Shown here in pieces: positions 21,204-30,104 of a stretch of 64,000 bases of DNA. Where the stretch lies: the NCBI GenBank assembly GCA_963693055.1, contig OY843751.1:3264001-3328000 (forward strand), given 5' to 3'. This DNA comes from a bacterium (lineage in GTDB: Bacteria > Zhuqueibacterota > Zhuqueibacteria > Residuimicrobiales > Krinioviventaceae). How positions within the stretch are numbered: position 1 is the first letter of the stretch; every line of letters starts with the position of its first letter. The position numbers were made by a program, and so were the translations under genes. Under the pieces are notes generated by a model. That model ran no database searches. It was not told the DNA's origin and saw only the letters and a list, made by a program, of their open reading frames with translations.

Positions 21204-22428
21204 GGTCGGTTCCTTTCTCTTTTTTGCCAAGCAATCTCTGCCTGCGGTGTTGCAGCTCTGGTGTGCATTCATGCATCAGTCCACGCAATTCTTCCAGCAC
21301 ACGAACACGTTCCATAGCGCGATCAACAATCTCCAGCGCTTTGATATAATCCTTTATCTGGTGTTCATAATATTTGGCCAATTCAATATAGGCAATGGGC
21401 AAAAATCGCGTTGATCGGGTAATAATCTCCAGCCACAGGGGTTCTGTTTTATCAAAATGCTTTAGACGTTTTAATATAAACGCTTGTTTTATCATCACAT
21501 CTACTGAATTATTTACTCCGGGCAAGGCATTTTGCTCACAAATGGATATTGCAAGGTCAAACAGTTCCAGATCTTCAAACGTTCGCACAACTCCCAATAT
21601 ATCATAACTGTCCACACCTGTGGGGGTCTGAAACGCTTTTGAAATAGCAACGGTAATTGTCACCATGGAGAGTATATCCATCACATTGTGTTTGAATACA
21701 GGAATGAGCGGCTCGTATTCTCCCTGCCGCAGATAATCAAAATAAATCATGGGGATTTCGTAACCCGGCACATCACCGTGGCGTTTGAATCCCAGCAAGT
21801 GTTGTTCAAGGTTTTGCAAGGTACAGGGAACCACCCGGTCCTTCCACAATCGCCGGGATGTGTGTAAAATATCCAGATGCAGATGGTTTTCCCAGGGCAC
21901 CGGTAATCGGTTTAAAATATATCGGGTTGTAAGTGTTGGCAAATCGTACGACTTGCCATTAAAACTGATAATACCATTCCGGCCCCGGAACAGTTGCGCT
22001 AGTCCCTGAAGCATGGCAGGCTCTTCGTGATAATCTCGCATAAAATATTGCTGTACCACATATTCATTGTTGTCAAAAAATCCCGCGCCAATCATAAAGG
22101 GATAGGTGCCAGTCCCTCCTGCGAGTCCTGTGGTTTCGGTATCTAAGAATATAATATTTTCCGGGGACATATCCCGCAAGTCATGGGTTTTGCCAGCATA
22201 TATGAAATCCATTGATCCGAGTTTTAAAAAATCTCCCAAAGCGCTGCCGTGCATGAAATCAAGGGGATAGCGTTTCTCTCTGAGGACAAATTCACCCAAT
22301 TCATTTTGAACAATGCTTGCACTCAACTCGGCAACAAGAGCATCCTTTTTCTCTGAACGGTCCGGTAACGGCGGTGTGACTGACACTGATTTCTGAATAC
22401 CGCGTAATTTATCCTTGATTGAGGCCAC
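21196..22428 (-). CDS. mrfB: RNase H-like (DEDDh) exonuclease YprB/MrfB with C-terminal TPR
   Basis: FLDTETTGLAGGTGT, SFNGKSYD, HLDILH, HNVMDILS and ELAKYYEH; directly downstream of a DUF1998 helicase. Confidence 0.85.
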   Translation of the reverse strand: MASIKDKLRGIQKSVSVTPPLPDRSEKKDALVAELSASIVQNELGEFVLREKRYPLDFMHGSALGDFLKLGSMDFIYAGKTHDLRDMSPENIIFLDTETTGLAGGTGTYPFMIGAGFFDNNEYVVQQYFMRDYHEEPAMLQGLAQLFRGRNGIISFNGKSYDLPTLTTRYILNRLPVPWENHLHLDILHTSRRLWKDRVVPCTLQNLEQHLLGFKRHGDVPGYEIPMIYFDYLRQGEYEPLIPVFKHNVMDILSMVTITVAISKAFQTPTGVDSYDILGVVRTFEDLELFDLAISICEQNALPGVNNSVDVMIKQAFILKRLKHFDKTEPLWLEIITRSTRFLPIAYIELAKYYEHQIKDYIKALEIVDRAMERVRVLEELRGLMHECTPELQHRRQRLLGKKEKGTDRD

Positions 22429-22439
22429 GTTGATCCCGC

Positions 22440-24752
22440 CTATTTCCCGGTTGTGCTCATATATTCAAACAGTTGAATGGACACAGCTTTTCCCTGATCT
22501 CCCACTTCAAGCACCGGCCCAACGCATGCAGGACATCCATTCTCGCATCCGCAATCATTAACCAGACCTATACAAGCTTTGGCAATTTCAGGATAAATGC
22601 TAAACAGCTTTTTGCTGAATCCAACCCCACCGGGATACTGGTCCCAAATAAACAGTGTCGGCTTTTGCCACAACGGCGCTCTGACCATTGGCATGGCGGC
22701 AAAGTCCCGGCGGTCTCCCATTACAAATAACGGCACCACATGGCTCAATACATTAGAAGCCGCTTTTAATCCGTCTCCCAACTGCTGTTTGTCAATTCCC
22801 AGTATTTCATGGACCTCTTCCGGGAAACCATACCAGAAGGCAGTTGTGTGCAGTTCCATTTCCGGTAAATCGATCTTGGCCCAGCCGATATTTTCATGTG
22901 TATTAAACTTGATTTTTTTATACATGGTCACCAGATTGGTTACCACAATCTCACCATAACCCAGCGATCGGGTATCGGTATGGTCTTCATCCGTAATCTC
23001 GATGACTTTGAGATCGCTTTTAAGCTGAGCGTCGGTATAATGATCAACCTTGACCTGATGAACGTATGCTTTGCGCCGTTCCCAATCGAGCTTGTCCACA
23101 TGGAACTGTTGTCCCTCATGGATATAAATGGCTTCGTCATGCACCATCATGGGGGCGGCAAACAGATCAATCTCGCCAATCACTTTTTCCTCGGGAGTGG
23201 TTTTGTCAATAATCACTACATTTTCTTCAGCAGCACTGCGTAGACTGATAGTCTCGGCAGGATACGTTTCTGCCATCCAGTGCCATCTGTCTCCGGCTTT
23301 GTGAATGACCCGTTCTTCTTCAAGGTATTCAAGAATTTCCTGTGTGCTGTCCAGTCCACCATTACCTTTCAGGTCTTCTCCAAATCGCTCGGATGTAGTA
23401 AAAGGCAGTTCAAATGCAGCACATTTGATATGACTGAGCAGAATCACCAGATTATCCGGATCAACAATGCCTGCTTCGGGAGATTTACTGAACAGGTATT
23501 CCGGATGGTTTACAATATACTGGTCCAATGGCGAAGAGGAGGCTATGAGAATCGCCAATGATGATCCACTGCGCCTGCCGGAGCGACCTGCCTGCTGCCA
23601 GGTACTGGCAATGGTGCCAGGGTATCCGGCCATGACGCACACTTGAAGTCTGCCAATATCGATACCCAATTCCAGCGCATTGGTACTCACAACGCCGGTA
23701 ATGCTGCCCGCGCGCAGCCCGCGTTCAATTTCACGTCTTTGCAAAGGAAGGTATCCACCACGATAACCGCGAATAGAGCTGGCAGATTTCTTTTGGTGGC
23801 GCATATGGTCTTTTAAATAAGTGAGCAGCAATTCCACATTCATACGGCTGCGCACAAATACAATGGTCTGCAGCATGTTTTCAATAAATCGCGACGCAAT
23901 ACGCTCGGTTTCCTTGATGTAAGACCGGCGAATACCCAGTTCACGATTAACAACAGGCGGATTATAAAGGATGAAATATTTTTCGCCCTGTGGAGCGCCA
24001 TTGTCATCTACCAGGTTCATAGGTTCGCCGGTGAGTTTTTGTGTCAATTCCACAGGATTTGCAATGGTAGCTGAACAGCAGATAAACACAGGATTGCTGT
24101 TATAAAACCGGCAAATGCGTTTGAGACGTCGCAGCACATTCCCCAAATGACTGCCAAATACTCCACGATAGTGATGGATTTCATCTATTACAATATATTG
24201 CAAATTTTCAAAAAGTTTAACCCAGGTCGTATGATGTGGTAATACACCCGCGTGCATCATATCCGGGTTGGTGACAACAATATGTCCCGAGCTTTTAATC
24301 GCTTTACGTGCAGATACCGGGGTATCTCCATCAAAAGTATAGCTTTTGATATCAAAATCAACAGTTTCACCAAGTAACTCTATAACCGAATGTAATTCCG
24401 AAAGCTGGTCCTGTGCAAGCGCTTTGGTCGGAAACAGATACAACGCCCGTGCCTCACGGGATTTGAGCACGGCATTAAGTACAGGTATATTATAACACAG
24501 GGTTTTGCCTGAAGCAGTAGGCGTAACAATGACCGTATTTTTACCATCCAATGCAGAACCTATAGCCTGTGCCTGGTGTGTATACAATTGCTTGATTCCG
24601 TGCTGCTGTAAAGCCGAAACAATGCGTGGATCCAGTGTATCCGGAAACGGTGCGTACCGTGCTTCCCGTTCTGGCAAATGCTTCCACAAAGTTGCATTGC
24701 TGTTAAATCCGGGATCACGTTTTAGAATATCAATTACCTGGTCAATTGTCAT
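22440..24752 (-). CDS. mrfA: DEAD/DEAH-box helicase YprA/MrfA (Hrq1-like) with DUF1998 domain
   Basis: TPTASGKT, DEIH, SAT, ALELGIDIG, QQAGRSGR and C-terminal CGCENGCPAC. Confidence 0.9.
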   Translation of the reverse strand: MTIDQVIDILKRDPGFNSNATLWKHLPEREARYAPFPDTLDPRIVSALQQHGIKQLYTHQAQAIGSALDGKNTVIVTPTASGKTLCYNIPVLNAVLKSREARALYLFPTKALAQDQLSELHSVIELLGETVDFDIKSYTFDGDTPVSARKAIKSSGHIVVTNPDMMHAGVLPHHTTWVKLFENLQYIVIDEIHHYRGVFGSHLGNVLRRLKRICRFYNSNPVFICCSATIANPVELTQKLTGEPMNLVDDNGAPQGEKYFILYNPPVVNRELGIRRSYIKETERIASRFIENMLQTIVFVRSRMNVELLLTYLKDHMRHQKKSASSIRGYRGGYLPLQRREIERGLRAGSITGVVSTNALELGIDIGRLQVCVMAGYPGTIASTWQQAGRSGRRSGSSLAILIASSSPLDQYIVNHPEYLFSKSPEAGIVDPDNLVILLSHIKCAAFELPFTTSERFGEDLKGNGGLDSTQEILEYLEEERVIHKAGDRWHWMAETYPAETISLRSAAEENVVIIDKTTPEEKVIGEIDLFAAPMMVHDEAIYIHEGQQFHVDKLDWERRKAYVHQVKVDHYTDAQLKSDLKVIEITDEDHTDTRSLGYGEIVVTNLVTMYKKIKFNTHENIGWAKIDLPEMELHTTAFWYGFPEEVHEILGIDKQQLGDGLKAASNVLSHVVPLFVMGDRRDFAAMPMVRAPLWQKPTLFIWDQYPGGVGFSKKLFSIYPEIAKACIGLVNDCGCENGCPACVGPVLEVGDQGKAVSIQLFEYMSTTGK

Positions 24753-24763
24753 AATCTATTTTC

Positions 24764-27103
24764 CTAATTACGAATAATCTCAACAGTACCGGTTTCACCG
24801 TTTATTTCAATCAAATCACCATTTTTAATAAGCTGGGTAGCACTGGCAATTCCCGTTACTGTTGCCAGGCCAAATTCTCGCGCAACTATAGATGCATGAG
24901 AAAGTACGCCTCCGGTTTCCAGCACCATTCCCGAGATGTACGAAAACACCGGTGACCATGCAGGATCCGCAGAATGAGCAACCAATATCTCATCATCGCC
25001 AATCTGTCTGGCCTGGTCCAGAGTACGGGCAACAAACGCTCTGCCTCTGCTGATTCCGCGGCTGACGCCAAATCCCTGCAATCGTTCAAAATCATGCGAT
25101 ACATGGGATTCGGGAAGGGTTTGAGATCCTTGCAGCAGGGATTGATACGCCTGCTTTCTGGACAGAATTTGCTCGTAAGGGATTTTAGAATCAATAAAAG
25201 AATGAATCAATTCAATACGATCCATAAAAAAAACATCATCAGCATGAACAAGCTTGCCAGTTTTGTATAAGAGATTACCATATTCAATTACTACATCCCG
25301 CATTCCAGACAAGATTTTGTGCCACTCGTTGCGCTGGTTTTCGCGAAGCAGGGTAAATTCTCGGGCGTATTTTAATAAGAGGAAAAATAAGCCCTTCAAC
25401 AAAGGACGAATAAATAGGGGCAGATTATTAATTTGCTGAATACAGTTCTGTTCTGCCTGGTTACTACGATTCAATAAATCCGTACGATTATTGGCAAACT
25501 TTTCACCGCCATTATTATTCTTGATCAATATCTCTGGCATATCTTTCCAAACCGGTTGAAAAATATCCAGGCTTTCCGAACGGTGTCCATACAAATCATG
25601 AAAGATCTTGATATCAGCATCTGTTACAATGGCAAGCATAGCACGGTTGGCTTTGACGGTCTCATTCTCTTCAAATCCGGTTAACAAATCCGTCAAAGTT
25701 TCATTGATCTGTTTAATTTTACAGATCTGGAGGCATTTCTTTAACAAGGCATAAAATATATCAGCAAAGGTAATACTCCATCGATGGAGTGATAAAAACT
25801 TGTCTGTGAGTCTTTCCGTTTCCTCAAAAACAGAATACAATTTATCCGGTTGAGACAATTGGGTTTTCAATACCGTCAGCTTTTCTTTGTTTAGATTGGA
25901 AAATTGCCTCCATTTCATCAAATTCACACCGGGTATCCAGTTATAGTCACCGGCAAAGATCAATTGAAACAGATAACGGAAACCACGCCAACTGTTTCTC
26001 AACCAGACATTTCGGTGTCCCAATAACAGTGACGCCTGTTTATCAAGCGAGATAAATTGCAGTGGAATAACTGAATATAGACTCTGAAATACGGATATAC
26101 GGGTAAATGGAAAACCTTTAAACAACCGGGTGATATTTTCGGATGCAGCCAACTTACTATAACCCAATCCCTTCAGGGGATCACGATATGCGTTCTTTTC
26201 CATCCATTTCTGTAAAATGGACCAGCCAAGTGGCGACAGCGGTTTTGTAAAACGCTCTGCAAAAAAGTAATCGGTCCAGATACCACCCTCTTTATCAACG
26301 CGTATGCGCTGTCTGCTGACACTGCTGGTAACGGGACGTGACTGCAAAATCCATACTTTATTGTTCTCGATCGCCCATTCAATATCCTGATTGGCTCCCA
26401 ATATAGATTCTATTTCGAGTCCCAGTTCAAGCAGTGATTTCAGCTGATCTGCAAATCTGGATTGTTGTGACAAGGTTTGCCATAATCCGGTATTACCCGT
26501 AACAGATTTTACCGTTAACCCATTTCGGTTAATGGATATCCGGACCGGGTCCTCTTCACCAGACACCAAGCCTTCACCATATCCCTGAACGATTTCAAGT
26601 AACAACGTATCCGGGTCACCGGTAACCGGATGCCGGGTAAAAAAAACTCCCGCAAAATCAGGATTAATCATTTGCTGCAGCATAACAGCCATGACGGCAT
26701 GCTTATCAGAAAATCCAAATTGTTCCAGATAAGTAGATACATGTGGGGATTCCAGAGATTTCCAGCAATCAGATATCGCATTTACCAGATTTTCCACACC
26801 GGAAACATTTAAAAACGTTTCAAACTGACCGGCCATAGAAAAGGAAGCATGGTCTTCAAATGGAGCCGAAGAACGTACAGCATATTTATTATGGGAATTC
26901 AAGTTGGTTAACGAGTCGAGTTGTCTTTGCAGCTTGAGAGGTTTATTTCTGTATTTTTTAAAAGCACAAGTAGTTACAACATAAAATTCAGGAACAGGTA
27001 TACCCATTTCAGAAAGTATAGATAACCTGCCGGCTTTGGCACCGGTCAGGTTAATATTGGATGCACATGCAGCATCCTTATGTAAAATAGCGTTTATCTT
27101 CAT
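24764..27103 (-). CDS. PEP-utilizing/ATP-grasp kinase of rifampin phosphotransferase/PigC-like architecture
   Basis: GAKA, AVRSSAPFED..SMAGQFETFL and DIEWAI..ILQSRPVT (PPDK_N); helical middle domain; C-terminal swivel GGVLSHASIVAREFG; no pyruvate-binding barrel. Confidence 0.85.
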   Translation of the reverse strand: MKINAILHKDAACASNINLTGAKAGRLSILSEMGIPVPEFYVVTTCAFKKYRNKPLKLQRQLDSLTNLNSHNKYAVRSSAPFEDHASFSMAGQFETFLNVSGVENLVNAISDCWKSLESPHVSTYLEQFGFSDKHAVMAVMLQQMINPDFAGVFFTRHPVTGDPDTLLLEIVQGYGEGLVSGEEDPVRISINRNGLTVKSVTGNTGLWQTLSQQSRFADQLKSLLELGLEIESILGANQDIEWAIENNKVWILQSRPVTSSVSRQRIRVDKEGGIWTDYFFAERFTKPLSPLGWSILQKWMEKNAYRDPLKGLGYSKLAASENITRLFKGFPFTRISVFQSLYSVIPLQFISLDKQASLLLGHRNVWLRNSWRGFRYLFQLIFAGDYNWIPGVNLMKWRQFSNLNKEKLTVLKTQLSQPDKLYSVFEETERLTDKFLSLHRWSITFADIFYALLKKCLQICKIKQINETLTDLLTGFEENETVKANRAMLAIVTDADIKIFHDLYGHRSESLDIFQPVWKDMPEILIKNNNGGEKFANNRTDLLNRSNQAEQNCIQQINNLPLFIRPLLKGLFFLLLKYAREFTLLRENQRNEWHKILSGMRDVVIEYGNLLYKTGKLVHADDVFFMDRIELIHSFIDSKIPYEQILSRKQAYQSLLQGSQTLPESHVSHDFERLQGFGVSRGISRGRAFVARTLDQARQIGDDEILVAHSADPAWSPVFSYISGMVLETGGVLSHASIVAREFGLATVTGIASATQLIKNGDLIEINGETGTVEIIRN

Positions 27104-27116
27104 TCATGTGTCTTGA

Positions 27117-28115
27117 TCAATTCCGGCTTTTTAATTTAACGCTGTTTATTTGATCTAGCTGTAATTTTTCTAATTCTTTGTCAAAATTATCCAGTAATTT
27201 CAACATTTCAAGATCATCTACCATATCTTCTTTTAACGGTAGCTTTTCGCTATTATGATCGAGTATATTCTTTTTACTATCCAATGTCACCGTAAGAATG
27301 CTGCCATACTTGCCCATACTTACAGAAGAGGCTACTATTGCGTCAAATTTATCACGCGGGTTAACAAGATAATATTGCCCGCCCATAATCGCGATATCGA
27401 TATCAGGAACCGTTTCCAAAATATCTTTTAATTTTTTATAATTGCCATTATACAACAATACAACCAGATCCGCCTTTTTATTGACCTTGGGCACCAATTC
27501 TTTTGCTACTTCAATCGGATCTTTGCAATACAGCATGGGCTCTTTTAATCGTTTTGAAAAGAGCATACCTCTGTCATCACATAAACCAATTATGCCCAAA
27601 GAAATAGATTTGAATGGCAATCCATTCTCATCCTTTGCCTTGACAATTTGAATTTGAAAAGGCTCGGTAAATGGTTTATCCGTATCCTGATAAAATGTAT
27701 TGGATGCAAGAAAATTGACATCATTTTCTTTTGCAAGTGTTTTCAAGATCTCACCACCGTTTATAAATTCACGGTGGGCCAGATTTATATTCTTGTATCC
27801 AAAGCCGGACATGGCATGGATAAGATAATCCGTATATAACTGGCTAATCTGATTTGCACCACGACTAAAGCCGCCGGCATCCAGAAAAACATTGAAATTG
27901 TTTTCATTTATATGATCGTTGATAAAAGTAGCCCGCCGGGCTACTCCGCCGTAGCGTGCAGTCTTTCACCCACAGGGGCGAACATAACCCATCAGATCAT
28001 TTGTATGAAATATGCTCAGAGTAGCAGTTGCTGTTGAATCTACTGCTTCAGAAGTACGTCCACAACCTAAAACCAGTATTGCAATAGATACAACAAATTT
28101 CATCATAGTTTTCAT
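27117..28115 (-). CDS. UshA-like (5'-nucleotidase fold) lipoprotein selenoprotein, 332 aa, Sec at codon 50
   Basis: ATG 28115: MKTMMKFVVSIAILVLGC (lipobox)...IFHTNDLMGYVRPCG-TGA(27968-27966)-KTARYGGVARRATF...FLDAGGF, continuing in frame into the track ORF 27117..27812. Confidence 0.85.
27925..27968 (-). promoter_or_regulatory. Candidate bacterial SECIS element
   Basis: TGA followed by the hairpin AGTAGCCC-GGC-GGGCTACT, whose G-starting loop lies 28 nt after the UGA. Confidence 0.7.
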
Positions 28116-28145
28116 AAATAAACCTGTATTAATTTTGCATCAATA

Positions 28146-28174
28146 ATGTTAAGCATTCATTTGATAAAAAGCAA
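28146..28174 (-). promoter_or_regulatory. Sigma70-like promoter of the selenoprotein unit
   Basis: TTGCTT-N17-TAACAT, 30 nt upstream of ATG 28115. Confidence 0.5.
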
Positions 28175-28199
28175 GAATTCATTAGCAAGAATTATATAC

Positions 28200-28225
28200 A
28201 AGCAGGGTCCCCTGTTACCCTGCTT
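28200..28225 (-). terminator. Hairpin after PorV-OmpA gene
   Basis: AAGCAGGGT-N8-ACCCTGCTT inverted repeat; poor U-tract. Confidence 0.5.
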
Positions 28226-28238
28226 GATTAATATTCAA

Positions 28239-30059
28239 TTAATTTCGTTTTATAAATATAAAATTTTCCAGAGCTTGAATTTCTACGTTAACGGGACCTG
28301 TTAAATCCAATACTATTCGGGTAAATGGTCCATCGGGATGGAATCCCAACCGGGCACGTATAAAGGGTCCACGATTCAAGGGAATTTCCTTAATGTCTGA
28401 AAGCATATAAACATTGGGTACATCAATAATTAACCGTTCAGGTGAACTAAATGTACGGCTGGTAAATTCTACTTTGCCATTAAAGATTATTTGAATTACC
28501 TGATCGTTAATGGCTTTGACTGTAATCAATGCAGAGCCATTGGGCATTTCGGGTTTTGAATTATTTGTAAACAATTCAAATTCAACACGTCGGTTACGTT
28601 CTCTTCCCTCTTCAGTCGAATTGGGCGCTACGGGTCGCATTTCACCATATCCAATGGGCATGTAGAATTTCTTGTCAGTAAAATGTTTGGTTTCTTTGAG
28701 ATAATTGATCACACTGGTTATACGTTTTTGAGACAGGCGAATATTATACCAATCGGTACCGATACTGTCAGTATGTCCGGAGACATGTACAACTGAATTG
28801 GGATAATTTGCCAGAATGTCTCCCACCTTATTTACAGTGGACTCGTCCGAATCACGAATGTCTGATTTGTCAAAATCAAAGTTGATACGCATACTTACCA
28901 GAATCTTGTTATCTGTTTTTTGCTCGACTTCAATCTTGCCATCACTGTCAGCGGCAATCTGCTGTGCGCGGGCCAAACGACGGGACATTTCATCTTTCAT
29001 TTTATCCAGTTCCATTCGGGACTGACGTGCAGCTTCCAGTTCACGCTGCAGTAATTCATCATAATTATTTTCTTGTTTTTTCCCAACACCAAAATTCAAA
29101 AGAATAGAAAAACGATGGATATCTGCCTCAAGAGCATCTACCGGAGAATAAGCATAATCGATACGTGTTTCTGAATTGGCCAGCCATTCCATAGGAATAT
29201 TTAAACCAAAACCCGCGGATATAGGAGAAGCCGCAACATCATGCAATTGATACCCGGCACGCAAAAATAATAAATCCGACAATATAATTTCACTACCCAT
29301 ATAATAGCGCAGGTTTTCTTTGAGTGTCCAGGCAACATCACCAGCAAAATTTATATTCAAAGACTCTGATTTACCCAGAGTATAACCGGCGCCTAAACGA
29401 AATGTTGTGGGTAAAGGTGAAGACATGTCTCTGAATTTGGCTTTGGTAAGACCAATATTCTGAATGGTTCCACCAAACATAATATCATAAAGTGTAAACT
29501 GGGTGCCCACATCAACTGCAAGAGCCGAGCTCTGTTCACCGGCAAGAGTCTGGCGTAAAAATTTGACATCCGCACCAACACCAAACACATAATCCCACAA
29601 ACCCAGACGAGTACCAAAACCCAGTGAGGCAAGGATATCATCACCTGTTGCGGTTCCACCGGTTTCTCTGAAATTAACATCCATTTCAGTAATAGAACCT
29701 TCATTAAAATAGGTCAAATCCATTCCTATTACACCGTAACGCATGGGAAATGCAAATGCAAAAGAACCCTGCTGTGTATCATCAATCCAGTTATGAAAGT
29801 TCATAGAAAGCATTTCATTAGATAATTGACCCAAGCCACCAATATTGTAACGCATTAGATTCACATCATCTGCAAATGCAGTAAAGGCTTCACCCATAGC
29901 TACTTGTCGGGCAGCCGGGCTGATCTTGAGAAACGGAGCTCCATGATAGCCTATTCCGGAATTAGATGCGCTAATAGCAGTTTGAGCAAGAAATGATATG
30001 AATACACAAATATGAATGAATATGTGTTTTAAATATTTTTTTTGAAATATGGTTTTCAT
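28239..30059 (-). CDS. PorV/PorQ-family beta-barrel fused to OmpA-like peptidoglycan-binding and AMIN domains
   Basis: GAPFLKISPAARQVAMGEAFTAFADD (PorV/UPF0164), IDYAY..HRFS, coiled coil, INFDFDKS..GHTDSIG..NRRVEF (OmpA), PERLIIDV..RIVLDL (AMIN). Confidence 0.85.
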   Translation of the reverse strand: MKTIFQKKYLKHIFIHICVFISFLAQTAISASNSGIGYHGAPFLKISPAARQVAMGEAFTAFADDVNLMRYNIGGLGQLSNEMLSMNFHNWIDDTQQGSFAFAFPMRYGVIGMDLTYFNEGSITEMDVNFRETGGTATGDDILASLGFGTRLGLWDYVFGVGADVKFLRQTLAGEQSSALAVDVGTQFTLYDIMFGGTIQNIGLTKAKFRDMSSPLPTTFRLGAGYTLGKSESLNINFAGDVAWTLKENLRYYMGSEIILSDLLFLRAGYQLHDVAASPISAGFGLNIPMEWLANSETRIDYAYSPVDALEADIHRFSILLNFGVGKKQENNYDELLQRELEAARQSRMELDKMKDEMSRRLARAQQIAADSDGKIEVEQKTDNKILVSMRINFDFDKSDIRDSDESTVNKVGDILANYPNSVVHVSGHTDSIGTDWYNIRLSQKRITSVINYLKETKHFTDKKFYMPIGYGEMRPVAPNSTEEGRERNRRVEFELFTNNSKPEMPNGSALITVKAINDQVIQIIFNGKVEFTSRTFSSPERLIIDVPNVYMLSDIKEIPLNRGPFIRARLGFHPDGPFTRIVLDLTGPVNVEIQALENFIFIKRN

Positions 30060-30104
30060 TTGATCTCCAATACCGTTAAATCTCTATTCGCAATATTCAT
30101 CTAA

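Noticed and set aside
21196-24752. DUF1998 helicase as DISARM/Druantia-type phage defence
   Set aside because: Fused helicase-DUF1998 plus YprB exonuclease matches the MrfAB repair pair; no methylase, DrmD or PLD partners.
27117-28115. Pseudogene interpretation of the in-frame TGA
   Set aside because: The TGA sits in a CxU motif with a SECIS-like hairpin and both halves are intact; recoding is more parsimonious.
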